NCBI RefSeq assembly: GCF_035084215.1
Contig: NC_090326.1
Coordinates: 27,032,001-27,096,000, forward strand
DNA: 64,000 nucleotides
From: Heptranchias perlo
Lineage: Eukaryota
Direction of reading: 5' to 3'
Position 1 is the stretch's first letter. Every line of letters begins with the position of its first letter. Shown one piece after another: positions 1 to 12,190 of the stretch. A program made the position numbers and the translations under genes. The notes below the pieces were generated by a model that was given only the letters and a program-made list of their open reading frames with translations, was not told where the DNA came from and did not search any database.

Positions 1-80
1 GCAGCCTCTATTTGTCCTCCTCACTGCTTACTTTCCCACCTAGCTTTGTATCGTCAGCAAACTTGGATACATTACACTCG
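1..80 (-). mobile_element. CR1 LINE reverse transcriptase fragment, continuing beyond the window edge
   Basis: Minus strand reads [25 protein letters not shown], the CR1 FADD motif region. Confidence 0.9.
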
Positions 81-397
81 TTGGGTGAGGACGACTCATT
101 GTCTAGGCTCGTGCATGAAGTATCTCAAATTGGCTCAACTGCTTGGTCAAGAAGAGGAGGGAATATTAAAGTATAAGAAGGTCTTGATAGTTCTTACAAT
201 TGTTCTTGCTTCTTGGAGGAGTTCTCAATCCAAGTCGCAGGCACACTACAACAGCAGGGTTTGTCATTGCAGAGAAATTCTGTGCAGGTGAGCTTCCTTT
301 GAAGGCCTCATAAAGCTTGCACTGAAAAACTGAGCAACAGCAGCCCTGCCATGTTAAGCTGTCTGGTTAATCTGTGCTGCAGCAGTCTGGGCAGAAT

Positions 398-556
398 GGG
401 GGCAATTTTGACTTTAGCCGATAGTGTAAAACGGGTGATATCAGATCAGCCGCCTGTTGTACGTCTGGCTTCAATAGAAATGAAAATCGGGAGAGGTGAA
501 TAACGGGCGGCTGATCCGATATTTTACACTACTGCCCAAAGTCAAAATGACCCCCC
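398..556. mobile_element. Short palindromic MITE (Harbinger/Tourist-like)
   Basis: TIRs GGGGGCAATTTTGACTTT...AAAGTCAAAATGACCCCCC, internal inverted symmetry, 3-bp TSD AAT at 395-397 and 557-559. A related copy lies at 14944-15106. Confidence 0.8.
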
Positions 557-1124
557 AATGTCATGCTTCCCAGCAATCTCCCCCCGCCCCCACCCCCGCC
601 ACCCTCCCCCACCCCTTGCTGCTTATTTCCACTGGGGGCGCTCAATGTGTTCTATTCAGTTGTGCAAAGTGTTTGCATCACTGATTAAATATGCACAGCA
701 TTCTTTAAAACTTTTCATTTAAGACAAAATTTAACGGAATGCCTAGACAAGGGTCCAATAAGATATACAATCGCTGCAGCAATATAAGTGTTACTTCCAC
801 ACATATCAGGCTCTCCTTTTTAGAACAGAAGAATTTCACCAGGGAGATTTACACAGCGCAATTAAACTAATGAGGTTATTTTCAAACCAGATGGATTAGA
901 TGTGTTTAAACGTAAGTTAAACTGTCAATATGGACATTATAAACTTATGGTCTATGAGGGTCAGTTTAATATAATTAACAGTTGCTTAAAATATGCTCTG
1001 GATAGTATTTCTATGTCACTCCAAGATGGGATAACTCACTTCTCAGAGACCTTGGTCACTGAATTCCCCTAAAGCACATCAAACGTTCTGCTGAATAAGC
1101 TCCTTGGATGCATCAGTCAATAAA

Positions 1125-1400
1125 GGCCTCAGCCAGTTATTTAGAGAACAAGAAGTCACTGGATTCGATCCCTGATCCGTACTGAGTTAGTCAAGGCAGC
1201 AGTAGGGCACCATAATCAGCCTTAGCACCTCTGAGCTGCGCGCTAAAGAATAAACAGCCAGGGTTCCCACTTCTGATGACCATCCAGTGACCCTCCCCCG
1301 CTAATGGAGAGTGCGTGGGTGTTGGGCGGGCACAGGGTTGGGATTGGACATAATGCACCTTTATTTGAATGGTCTGCTCGCACTTGAAGCAGTGATTTCC
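1125..1400 (+). mobile_element. Degenerate tRNA-derived SINE, second family
   Basis: B-box-like GGATTCGATCCC followed by TGAGTTAG...CAGCCAGGGTTCC. Similar blocks at about 21170-21470, 56330-56500 and 62290-62400. Confidence 0.55.
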
Positions 1401-1747
1401 CTCTTGTTGACGGGGTAGCGGAAGAGAGAGATTTCTTCCAGCCACTTTGACCCCGCCATAACCCTGACCCATTGTCCTGAGTCGGGCCTCATCAGCCACG
1501 AGAGGTAGGGGTCCCAGTGGGAATCCCGCCAATGCTGTGGAGGAAGGTTCCGGTGGTGCTGTGGCGAGACTGGCACTTTAAAGGGTGCGGAAGAGCCCCA
1601 AAGGGAAGAGTGGGAGTTTTTCAAAAGGCCTTTGATAAGTGTATCCCAGCAGGAGTCAGGAGAGAAGGGGAGAAAAGAAATGGGTACCAAATCAGCAATA
1701 AATTGACAGCCCCCCCCCTCTTTGTGGCCCGCTGCACATCGTGTATT

Positions 1748-2122
1748 CATATCCCCCCATGGTCTTGCCCCTCCCTATCTCTGTAACCTCCTCCAGTTCT
1801 ACAACCCTCTGAGATCTCTGTGCTCCTCCAATTCTGGCCTCTTGCGCATTCCTGATTTCCTTCGCTCCACCATTGGCGGCTGTGCCTTCAGCCATCTAGG
1901 CCCTAAGCTCCGGAATTCCCTCCCTAAACCTCTCCATCCCTCTACCTCTCTCTCCTCCTTTAAGATGCTCCTTAAAACCTACCTCTTTGACCAACCTTTT
2001 GGTCACCTGTCCTAATATCTCCTTATGTGGTTCGGTGTCAAATTTTGTTTGATAATCGCTCCTGTGAAGAGCCTTTGGACGTTTTACTATGTTAAAGGTG
2101 CTATATAAATGCAAGTTGTTGT
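1748..2122 (+). mobile_element. L2 LINE 3' end
   Basis: Translates to GLAPPYL..LRS..GGCAFSHLGPKLRNSLP..SLSSFK..LKTYLF (L2 ORF2 C-terminus). Tail AAAGGTGCTATATAAATGCAAG(TTG)n. Confidence 0.9.
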
Positions 2123-2302
2123 AGTCAGAGTTGGGGCAAATTTCCTGGGAGCTGCGCCCGCTCCCTCGTCTGATGTGCGGTGGAAACCCCCGGTGAAGTT
2201 ACAATGACGGATTGGGAGCTGCTCCGAGGAAATTCCTGGCCAACATATCCCAATGATGGGAGGAAGAGCAAAATACCTCGTTTGCACAACAGTCAGGTTA
2301 TA

Positions 2303-2960
2303 GAATCATTGAATCATAGAATGATACAGCATAGAAGGAGGCCAATTGACCCATCGTGCCTCTACCAACTCTTTGAAAGAGCTATCCATTTAGTCCCACT
2401 CCCCCGCTCTTTCCCCATAGCCCTGCAAATATTTCCCCTTCAATTATTTATCCAATTCCCTTTTGAAAGTTATTATTGAATCTGCTTCCACCATCCTTTC
2501 AGGCAGTGCATTCCAGATCATTACAACTCACTGCATAAAAATCCTTTCCTCATCTCCCCTCTAGTTAGGGGTAGGCCATTTAGGACTGAGATGAGGAGAA
2601 ATTTCTTCACTCAGAGGATGGTGACTCTTTGGAATTCTCTACCCCAGAGGGCTGTGGAGGCTCAGTCATCGAGTATATTCAAAACAGATATCGATAGATT
2701 TCTAGATATTAAGGGCATCAAGGGATATGGGGATAGTGCAGGGAAATGGCGTTGAGGTAGAAGATCAGCCATGATCTTGTTGAATGGTGGAGCAGGCCTG
2801 AGGGGCCGGATGGCCTACTCCTGCTCCTATTTCTTATCTTCTTATGTTCTTAGTTCTTTTGCCAATTATCTTAAATCTGTGCCCCTGGGTTTCCGAGCCT
2901 CCTGCCAGTGGAAACAGTTTCTCCCTATTTACTCTATCAAAACCCCTCATAATTTTGAAT
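2303..2960 (-). mobile_element. CR1 3' fragment, interrupted by another CR1
   Basis: FKIMRGFDRVNREKLFPL...GHRFKI on the minus strand; TTCTATGA-type tail near 2300-2320. Confidence 0.85.
2567..2850 (+). mobile_element. CR1 3' end nested in the opposite-strand CR1
   Basis: RNFFTQR..LWNSLPQRAVEA, GGCCTACTCCTGCTCC 3' UTR, (TTCTTATG)n tail; 5-bp duplication TAGTT at 2562-2566 and 2851-2855. Confidence 0.85.
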
Positions 2961-2992
2961 AAAGTTGTATAATATATTTGGTGATGAAATAC

Positions 2993-3046
2993 CTTGTGAG
3001 CTTTGCACTGTTCCAAATATCTGTCACGGCACAAGCAAAATGCCAC
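2993..3046 (-). CDS. Predicted coding exon 6 of the unnamed secreted Cys-rich protein (phase 2 to 2; [M]WHFACAVTDIWNSAKLT)
   Basis: Acceptor ctttatatcatcag|G, donor AAG|gtattt, 80-bp upstream intron, frame continuous with exon 5. An in-frame alternative acceptor lies 18 nt upstream. Confidence 0.6.
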
Positions 3047-3126
3047 CTGATGATATAAAGTGTGCTGCGAGATATTTTACTAGACGGCACCACCCCTTTA
3101 AAAGTTTAGATTTTACAATGACTCAC

Positions 3127-3163
3127 ATTTCCAACATCTGTTGTTCAATGCACTTCTTTATGT
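3127..3163 (-). CDS. Predicted coding exon 5 (phase 1 to 2; [D]IKKCIEQQMLE)
   Basis: Acceptor gtaatcttgcag|A, donor AT|gtgagt; phase matches exon 4. Confidence 0.7.
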
Positions 3164-3613
3164 CTGCAAGATTACACATAAATGCTGACCATGAAATATT
3201 ACACGTCACAGGTGGATAATGAAGCTGCAGGTGCAACACGTTCAGTACATAAACACCCAGCGTCACACGCTGTGCTCATTCGAGGTGGAAGGAAGGACTT
3301 GGTACAGAATCTCCATGCACATTAACACCCGTGTCACATATGGTGTATATTAGGAGTGGAGCAAACGAACTGATATACCATGTTAAGTCACAAGCTCAGA
3401 GGCTAATAAATTATACTGTGTGCGCATAGCTCACGAATGTTTAACTTGTTCAGATTAAACCCCTTTGCCCGATATTTTAGCAGAAGTGTTTTAGGTTAAC
3501 ACCTCTGCTGAAATAGCGGTCAAGGGAATGCTAAGCGTTTGTACGCCATTATCGAACAGCGTAATCTCAATGTCAGAGGGTGATGCACTGTGTTTGTTAG
3601 AGAAGGAACAAAC

Positions 3614-3678
3614 CATCTGGTACATTGTGCTCTGTACATGTAAATACATTGCTGTGCATCGCAAAGGAAGTATTACAC
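3614..3678 (-). CDS. Predicted coding exon 4 (phase 2 to 1; [M]CNTSFAMHSNVFTCTEHNVPD)
   Basis: Acceptor catatttttacctgcag|G, donor ATG|gtttgt; phases match exons 3 and 5; NTS sequon. Confidence 0.72.
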
Positions 3679-4715
3679 CTGCAGGTAAAAATATGAACTG
3701 TTAAGGGCAGTTTCCGCTGAAACGTGTTTCTTTTTAATTATCGGGCTATCCCCCATGGAATTGCTCACTGTGAGTCAGAAGATGCACTGTTTTATAACAA
3801 GAGGGATGTTGTCAACAAAGTGTGACGGGAAAGTGTTACTGGAAGTAAGTGTGACACTTACAGAAAGTGCACACTACATACAACACACCATGGGAAGTCA
3901 AGAATAAGTGTTGTCTTCAGCTGAAGTGGAGTTGAGGGCAGGAGATAATTGGATCAGGGTGCAAAGATGCCATTTTAAAGTCATATATACTGTGTTTATT
4001 TTTATATAATACTTTGATTTTATATGATAATTTACAGGTACAATTTAGGAAGAAGAGTGAATTGAGCAGTTTAGACTGAGGAACAAAATTAAGGTGCTAT
4101 AGCAACACTATTGGTGGGAGTGTGTAACTACAGCATGATACGTTTACATAGGTAGGTTCCATTATAAAATGTAGACGGAGGAATTTATAATAGGAAAAGT
4201 TGACAATAGGAATCAAAAATTTTGCCATTGGGAGATGCGCACAGGCATAAGATTTTTAATATATTATACATAGGTGTTGTAACTGCTTTTTCTAACTTGT
4301 TTCACTTACTAGTATTGCTACTTTGTACAGTAGCATAAACTAAACAGAAGGTCTTGTTCAAAAATCAGTGTCTTGTATCACAGGGAATTCCTTGGATTAA
4401 ACAATGTTAAATTGCCAATGCTTGTCGCATTTACGCAAACTGTACCTTGTCCTTGGCAGGAAGCTTTTGTTCTCCTGACATGCTTGTTTCCATTGAAACT
4501 ATGCTATCTTCTTGGACAGAAATTGGGGAGTTTGCTTCCTTATCTCACCGCTGTTCACAGCTGCATCATTTTTTTTACTCTAACAGAATTACAGCCCAGG
4601 GTCTTGGGACTGCTGTGCTCTTTCCCTGCACCAGCTTTGGACCTCACCCGCTACCTCCGGCCCCCACCCTTTTTCTCTCATCTACACACGTTCCAATGAT
4701 TCCCAGATCCTCCAG

Positions 4716-5150
4716 TACCTGTGGCTCAGTTGGTAGCATTCTCACCTCTGAGGCAGAAGTTTGTGCTCAAAATCTAGGCTAAGACTTCAGTGCAGTACTG
4801 AGGGAGTACTGCACAGTCGGAGGTGCCATCTTTCGGATGAGACATTAAACCGAGGCCACCTGTCAACTCTCTCAGGTGGGTGTAAAAGATCCCATGGCAC
4901 TAATTCAAAGAAGAGCAGGGGCGTTCTCCTGGTATCTTGGCCAGCATTTATCCCACATCCAACACCCAAAAATCAGATTATCTGATCATTATCACATTGC
5001 TGTTTGTGGGACCTCTCCGTGTGCAATTTGGCTGCCGTGTTTCCTACATTACAACAGTGACTACACTTCAAGACTACTTCATTGGCTGTAAAGCGCTTTG
5101 GGACACCCTGAGGTCATGAAAGGTGCTAAATAAATGCAAGTTCTTTCTTT
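4716..5150 (+). mobile_element. DeuSINE (SacSINE1/AmnSINE1-like), near full length
   Basis: A-box TGGCTCAGTTGG, Deu core GAGGGAGT.CTGCAC.GTCGGAGGTGCC.TCTTTCGGATGAGAC...AAAAGATCCCATGGCACTA, L2-type tail ending (TTTC)n. Confidence 0.88.
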
Positions 5151-5423
5151 CACCTCTGCTGTGGCTTCAAGTCCATTTCAACACCAACAGGGAAAACAAG
5201 CCAACCTGGGCACGATGCCTTAACTCTGGATCCATCACTCCCTTTCAGACCCAGGCCTCTCTCCCAAGGAAGATCCCAGTACCCCTCATTCACTCCTAGC
5301 CCACTTTGCAATCTTACATCCCCTCTCAGCCTAAGCCCCCGCTCCCTCCCAGCCGATTCCTTAGTGCCAGTTTCTTTCAGAGTTCTGCATGTGGTAGTAT
5401 TTCCTGGATAACCTCTATCCAGG

Positions 5424-5592
5424 TGGACAGGTTTAGGGAGGGAATTCCAGAGCTTAGGGCCTAGGCGGCTGAAGGCATGGTTGCCAAAGGTGGAGCGATG
5501 AAAATTGGGGATGCGCAAGAGGCCAGAATTGGAGGAGTGCAGAGATCTTGGAGGGCTGTACGGCTGGAGTAGGTTACAGAGATAGGGAGGGG
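5424..5592 (-). mobile_element. L2 LINE fragment
   Basis: RIPNFHRSTFGNHAFSRLGPKLWNSLP; similar to 1748-2122. Confidence 0.8.
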
Positions 5593-5726
5593 CTCCAGAT
5601 GACTCCAGAACAGCCTTATCTTCTAGTCCTTGTGGAAAAACAACATTCTTATAAATTGTAAATCAAAACGATTTCTGAAAATTCTTTTTAAATGACTGGT
5701 CTCCTGATCTATCTCTTTGTCGACTG

Positions 5727-5925
5727 AAATGTGACCCCCTAGTCCAGCCTCATCACCCAGCAGGTGCTGGGAGTGCCAGGGACCAACGTTAAATGTGACC
5801 CCCTAGTCCAGCCTCATCACCCAGCAGGTGCTGGGAGTGCCAGGGACCAACGTTAAATGTGACCCCCTAGTCCAGCCTCATCACCCAGCAGGTGCTGGGA
5901 GTGCCAGGGACCAACGTTAAATGTG
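5727..5925. repeat. Tandem triplication of a 64-bp unit
   Basis: AAATGTGACCCCCTAGTCC...GGGACCAACGTT starts at 5727, 5791 and 5855, with a partial copy at 5919. Confidence 0.95.
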
Positions 5926-5933
5926 GAAACATA

Positions 5934-6117
5934 GGGGATAATTTTCAACCGCCGTCTGGGCAGTAACCTGGCAGACCGGATTGCCCATTCATTGTAGAAC
6001 CTTCCGGAATTCCATCATATTGATTTCAATGGGATGAAAATCGGGCAGGATCTACGGAGACTGTGCATTCCATTCTGCCAGGTTACCACTGAAACGGCAA
6101 GGTTGAAGATTACCCCC
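5934..6117. mobile_element. Short palindromic MITE
   Basis: TIRs GGGGATAATTTTCAACC...GGTTGAAGATTACCCC; internal GTAACCTGGCAGA/TCTGCCAGGTTAC. Confidence 0.7.
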
Positions 6118-6526
6118 TTTATGTTTCAGCAGCTGCCCTTGGAAATGGCATGAAGATCACATTCCCATACCCTTCCCTCTCCCAAACATGCTAATTGATG
6201 CCAACATTATTGGTTTACATAATCGGCACTCGCTGACTAATTGGAGACTAGTTGATAGTGATCAATTGCCATGATTAGTCAACAACTCCATTATCATTGC
6301 ATCATGCAGCTACCAGGATGGTAGAAAGCGAACTAGATGGACCGAGGTCTTTTTTGTCTAGCAGTCCCTATGACACATCACCCATTGGCCATTCTTCATC
6401 CCCAAGCCCAAATAGTGAGCATCAGCGAACAATATGACCATTGGAAGTAGGACAGCTGAGCCTGAACCAGTCCTAAACTGATCTCCACACATTGGCACTT
6501 TCTAGCAAGGTCAGTGAATCAACATC

Positions 6527-7225
6527 AACAACAAGAACTTGCATTTATATAGCACCTTTAACGTAGTAAAATGTCCCAAGGCGCTTCACTGGAGCGTTAT
6601 CAAACAAAATTGGGCACCGAGCCACATAAGGAGATAATAGGGCAGGTTGGTCACAGAGGTAGGTTTTAAGGAGAGACTTAAAGGAGGAGAGTGAGGTTGA
6701 GAGGCAGAGAAGTTTACAGAGGGAATTCCAGAACTTAGGGCTTAGGCAGCTGAAGGCGCGGCCGCCAAGGATGGAGAGATTAAAATCAGGGATGCGCAAG
6801 AGACAAGAATTGGAGGAGTGCAGAGATCTCGGAGGGTTGTAGGGCTGGAGGAGGTTACAGAGATAGGGAGGGCGAGGCCATGGAGGGAATTGAAAACCAG
6901 GATAAGAATTTTAAAATCGAGTTTTGCCGGACTGGGAGCCCATGTAGATCAGTGAGCACAGGGATGATGGGTGAACGAGATTTGGTGTGGGTTAAGATAC
7001 GGGCAGCAGAATTTTGGATGAACTCAGGTTTATGGAGGATGGAAGATGGGAGCAAGAGAGCACTGGAATAGTCAATTCTAGAGGTAACAAAGGCATGGAT
7101 GAGGGTTTCAGCAGCAGATGAGCTGAGGCGGGGCGGAGACGGGCCATGTTACAGCGGTGGAAGTAGGGGGTCTTGGTGATGAAGCGGATATGTGGTCAGA
7201 AGCTCATCTCAGGGTCAAATAGTAC
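6527..7225 (-). mobile_element. L2 LINE 3' portion
   Basis: IQNSAARILT..KSRSPIIPVLTDLH.LPV and GGRAFSCLSPKFWNSL; 3' tail at about 6530. Confidence 0.9.
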
Positions 7226-7400
7226 ACTGCGCATTACAATGTTTTAAACTCCTGTCTTTGTTAAACAGACAAGAGATCCACTATCTAATGGTAGAAAGCG
7301 CTCAGTAACACAATACCTACCTCCCTCATCTTTAAGTTATGATACAACAGTTACAGTATGTCCTGACTTTTTCAATGTGTGGACATGATTTGCTACTCAC

Positions 7401-7624
7401 ATTGCATGATAACCTCCACTGTCATAGAGAGTGAGCAGATAGCTACATTTCTGATTTACTGCCAACATTGGCACAAGCATCCCTCGGGACAACTGAGACT
7501 TTTCCGAACAATGTTTGAACATTTCTTCATGTAGATATTGAAAAGTTGTCGGAGCCAAAAGCTTAAGATTGGGCATTAATTTGTGCCAATTCCTGACTGC
7601 ATTCATCAGCAACAGATCTAAACC
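7401..7624 (-). CDS. Predicted coding exon 3 (phase 0 to 2; GLDLLLMNAVRNWHKL...LYDSGGYHA)
   Basis: 224 nt open only in this frame, acceptor gttcctgatcgtgcag|G, donor AAT|gtgagt, non-repetitive sequence. Confidence 0.78.
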
Positions 7625-7956
7625 CTGCACGATCAGGAACTGACAACGGATCACACCCACACCCAGGCCCAGCCAATCCAAAAATCAAAACAAGTGGTTG
7701 GCTGACAGGTCAGCCATGATTTGGCATCTGGTAACATTAGCAGTATAATTATAAATTGCACTTTAGTAATGACATTCAGCAAGTAAGAGAATGGGAAAAT
7801 GGTCTCAGATTTGGAGACATCATTCGATCACTATCCACTTTCATTCATTTGAGGAAATCTTATGGTCCTATCAATGGTAAATTGTCAGCATTTGTATGGT
7901 TGCAAAGCATGGAACAAACAAAAACAAGGTGTGTGGGTGTAAATGTCAGCTACTGC

Positions 7957-8418
7957 TGTGTCAGCTTGGTTCAGTTGGTAGCACTCTCATCTCTGAGTCA
8001 GAATGTTATGTGTTCAAGTCCCACTCCATAGACTTGAGCACAACATCCAGGCTGACACTCTCGTGCAGTACTGAGGGAGTGCTGCACCGTTGGAGGTGCC
8101 GCCTTTCGGATGAGACGTTAAACCAAGACCCCGTCTGCCCTCTTAGGTGGACGTAAAAGATCCCATATCACTATTTCAAAGAAGACCACGGAACCTCTTC
8201 TCGGTTTTCTGGCCAACATTTATCCCTCAACCAAATTTACTAAAACAGATGATTTGGTCATTACCTCATTGCTGTTTGTGGGACCTTGCTGTGCACAAAT
8301 TGCCTGCCATGTTTCCTACGTTACAACAGTGAATACACTTCAAAAGTACTTCATTGGCTGTAAAGGACGTCCTGAGGTCATGAAAGGCACTATAGAAATT
8401 CAAGTTCTTTTTTTTTCT
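7957..8418 (+). mobile_element. DeuSINE, full length
   Basis: tRNA-like head (TTCAGTTGGTAGC, GTTCAAGTCC), Deu core, L2-type tail. Confidence 0.88.
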
Positions 8419-8734
8419 TGACAGCAGAACAACAGAAATGGGGAGAGCTTGCAGTTAACATTTTTCAATTTATTTTGATTACACCTCTGTCAAGCGCTTT
8501 GGGATGTTCTTCTATGTTAAAGGTGATATATGAATGAAGGTTGTTGTTGTTCAAGCAGAAATATTTTAATATCTTAACTGTTAGACCCTCATAAAAGATG
8601 CTTTGGTTAGATGAGGAGATTGGAGGGGCCTGGTTATAATATCTGTTGTTCAGTAGAGACAACGTGAACCATAATTAGTCTGCAGGGCAAACTACCAAAG
8701 AGGATGAACTGGCAAACCATAAGAAAAGCTCGAA

Positions 8735-9677
8735 ACAGTGGAGGTCCAAAGAGACTTAGGGGTTCATGTACATAGATCATTAAAATATCATGGACAGGTA
8801 CAGAAAATAAACAAAAAGGCTAATGGAATGCTGGCCTTTATATCTAGAGGACTGGAATACCAGGGGGTAGAAGTTATGCTACAACTATACAAAGCCCTGG
8901 TTAGACCACACCTGGGGTACTGTGTTCAGTTCTGGGCAATGCACCTTGGGAAGGATATATTGGCCTTGGAGGGGGTGCAGCATCAATTTACGAGAATGAT
9001 ACCTGGACTCCAAGGTTTAAATTACGAGGAGAGATTACACAAACTCGGGTTGAATTCCCCGGAATTTAGAAGATTAAGGGATGATTTGATCAAAGTTTTC
9101 AAGATATTAAGGAGAACTGATAGGATAGAGAGAGAGAAAAACTATTTCTGCTGGTTGGGGAATCTAGTGTTAATTGTATCCATATGATTTATATCAATTA
9201 GTGTTAATTGTACTCAGGTGGTGCGTATCAATTGGAGACTCTCGTATCCATTTATATGAGAACTTACCAAGGGTGTGGAGTGGGTAATGTGGAGCTCTGT
9301 GAATAAAGGCTTGGAAGCAACTGAAGACCAGGATCTAGTATTCTATCCTTCACCACCTGGCTATCCAATTTATTACATCTAGGACTAGGGGGCATAGCCT
9401 AAAAATTGGAGCCAGGGCTTTCAGGAGTGAAGTTAGGAAACACTTCTACATGCGAAGGGTGGTAGAAGTTCGGAACTCTCTTCTGCAAACGACAGTTGAT
9501 GCTAGCTCAATTGTTAATTTTAAATCTGAGATTGATAGATTTTTGTTAACTAAAGTTATTAAGGGTTATGGGGCTAAGGCGGGTATATGGAGTTAGGTCA
9601 CAGATCAGCCATGATCTCATTGAATGGTGGAACAGGCTCAAGGGGCTAAATGGCCTACTCCTGTTCCTATGTTCCTA
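8735..9677 (+). mobile_element. CR1 LINE 3' portion, interrupted by a solo LTR
   Basis: QRDLGVHV..KANGMLAFISRG..LYKALVRPHL.YCVQFW; 3' UTR GGCCTACTCCTGTTCC with (TTCCTATG)n tail. Confidence 0.92.
9168..9377 (+). mobile_element. Solo LTR (210 bp) of an LTR retroelement
   Basis: TG...CA termini, 5-bp TSD TCTAG at 9163-9167 and 9378-9382, internal TATA-like TTTATAT and AATAAA; it cleanly splits the CR1. Confidence 0.8.
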
Positions 9678-9957
9678 TTCTGTCACTGTTAAGTAGTGGT
9701 CCTGGTGATAGGCCTATATTCAGAGCTGTTTGTTTTTATTTTCATTTGCAAACTTTTTCTGAAACTGTTAAACCCATACTTAGTGAGTTTTGTTGAGGCT
9801 GGCTTGCCTGTTACACTTGGAAGTTAACCTGTCTGTGTATCACCAGCACTTTGTTTTTATGTCAAATGTCCAGCAATTGCAATTTTTCCTTTCTGGTTTA
9901 TTAGTCTGCTCCGCCTGTAGCTTTGTTTCAATATAGAAATCTTGAGATGGATTTCAT

Positions 9958-10182
9958 GGGGGGTGATTTTAAACCCCAAGAATGGGTGGGTTGGCGGGTG
10001 GGTGGGAGTTGAAAATTGTTGTTTTTTGGGTCGCAACCCAGAAAACAACTATTTTATTTCCGGGTTTAACGTCGGCGCGGGAAGGCAAAGTCCGAAAATT
10101 TTGCGGTCGCGACCCAAAAAAACTATTTTCAACTCCCACCCGCCCCCAACCCACCCGTTCTTGGAGTTTAAGATCACCCCCC
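9958..10182. mobile_element. Fold-back MITE (Harbinger-type)
   Basis: About 90-bp inverted arms GGGGGGTGATTTTAAAC...GTTTAAGATCACCCCCC; 3-bp TSD CAT. Confidence 0.85.
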
Positions 10183-11164
10183 CATGTGTCCTTTTTCAGT
10201 ACCCACAGAGGCAAGGCAGTGTCTATCTTGGGTTCAAAAACAACATCTCTGTACCTGCTGTTTAATCCGGTGCAGATTGCCACGGGCCTCAGTACACAGT
10301 CAGCGACAATAAAATAGCTGAGTATGTTTGCTCAGAGATGCAAGACCATTATTTTTTTTGTTGTTGGGCAACCAAATTTAGTAAGTGGGTAGCATTAGTG
10401 ACTACCAGCAAACAATACTTATTCAGTCAATTTTATTAAGAATGAAGACAACGCAATTATATATGCACAAATACACAGTCAATTCCTACCAAGAGCAAAT
10501 TCAATTTCTTATATAACTAAGCTGCCAAAATGGAAACACTATTGAGGCAGTCTTCAAAATGAACTGTCTGCTTTATTCCTTGTCACGCATCTGCATTGGT
10601 AGCTCAAACGAATTACACAGGAATTCCTTCATGCAACCACTCATCATTTTTGACAGGAGAAAATTCAGAGCAGCCAGCCATATGTGCAGTATGAATGAAC
10701 AGAAGAGTTCACGTAGGTTTTACCAGTTCTACCTTCAGACCTCATCTGACCCACCACACAATCTTTCTGCTCACTCCCTCTGCTGCCCAATGCCTTGGCA
10801 GGAGTCCATTCAGAAACAGATTTAACTATCTTGTCCTAAAGCCGTACTAATACCCTCTCACTACAATAAGCGCCTGCAATTATAACTACCCCTGTCCACC
10901 CCTTTTGCTGATTTGACGTACCAGCAATCCGAATAATCTATCACTATTATGACCGAAATTTAAGCTGGTTTTTGATCAGCTTAAAATATCTGACTCAAAT
11001 CACCCTCACATTTAAATCACAGATTCATGCACAGGGACACCTAGAAAGAATACTGGGGAGACATGCTGAGCAGCCATGAAGTCTGACTTAAATCCCACGC
11101 TTTTGCCAACCTGATGAGTAGCAAAAATACAAGTAGGAGGTGTTTCCCTTCCCGCCTGGACTCA

Positions 11165-12190
11165 TCATACATCTGTCCACACCATATCTCACATCTGTCC
11201 ACACCATATCATACATCTGTCCACACCATATCTCACATCTGTCCACACCATATCTCACATCTGTCCACACCATATCATACATCTGTCCACACCATATCTC
11301 ACATCTGTCCATAACATATCACATATCTGACCATACCATATCATACATCTGTCCACACCATATCTCACATCTGTCCACACCATATCTCACATCTGTCCAC
11401 ACCATATCATACATCTGTCCACACCATATCTCACATCTGTCCATAACATATCACATATCTGACCATACCATATCATACATCTGTCCATAACATATCATAT
11501 ATCTGTCAATACCACATCATACATCTGTCCATACTATATCATACATCTGTCTATACAATATCATACATCTGTCCATAACATCACATATCTGTCAATACCA
11601 CATCATACATCTATCCATAATATATCATACATCTGTCTATAAAATATCATACATCTGTCCATAACATCATATATCTGTCAATACCACATCATACATATTT
11701 TCCATACTATATCATACATCTGTCTATACAATATCATACATCTGTCCATAACATCATATATCTGTCAATACCACATCATACATATTTTCCATACTATATC
11801 ATACATCTGTCTATACAATATCATACATCTGTCCATAACATCATATATGTCAATACCATATCATACATCTCTCCATACCATATCTCACATCTGTCCACAC
11901 CATATCTCACATCTGTCCACACCATATCATACATCTGTCCATACCATATCTCACATCTGTCCACACCATATCATACATCTGTCCATACCATATCTCACAT
12001 CTGTCCATACCATAATCATACATCTGTCTGTACCATATTGTACATCTGTCCATATGATATCATACATCTGTCCATACTATACCATAAACCTGTCCATACC
12101 TTATCATACACCTGTTGATACCATATTATGCGCCTGTCGATACTATACACCTGTCCATACCATACCATACATTTGTCCATACGATACATC
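11165..12190. repeat. 22-bp minisatellite (ACATCTGTCCACACCATATCTC and variants), about 1 kb
   Basis: Direct tandem repetition, with divergence increasing toward the 3' end. Confidence 0.95.

Noticed and set aside
1040-1068. 29-nt minus-strand AG/GT-bounded segment as exon 7
   Set aside because: In the required phase it stops after three codons and is followed by a donor; it cannot be supported without transcripts.
7957-8030. tRNA gene
   Set aside because: The A/B boxes belong to a SINE head that continues into the Deu core; no cloverleaf.
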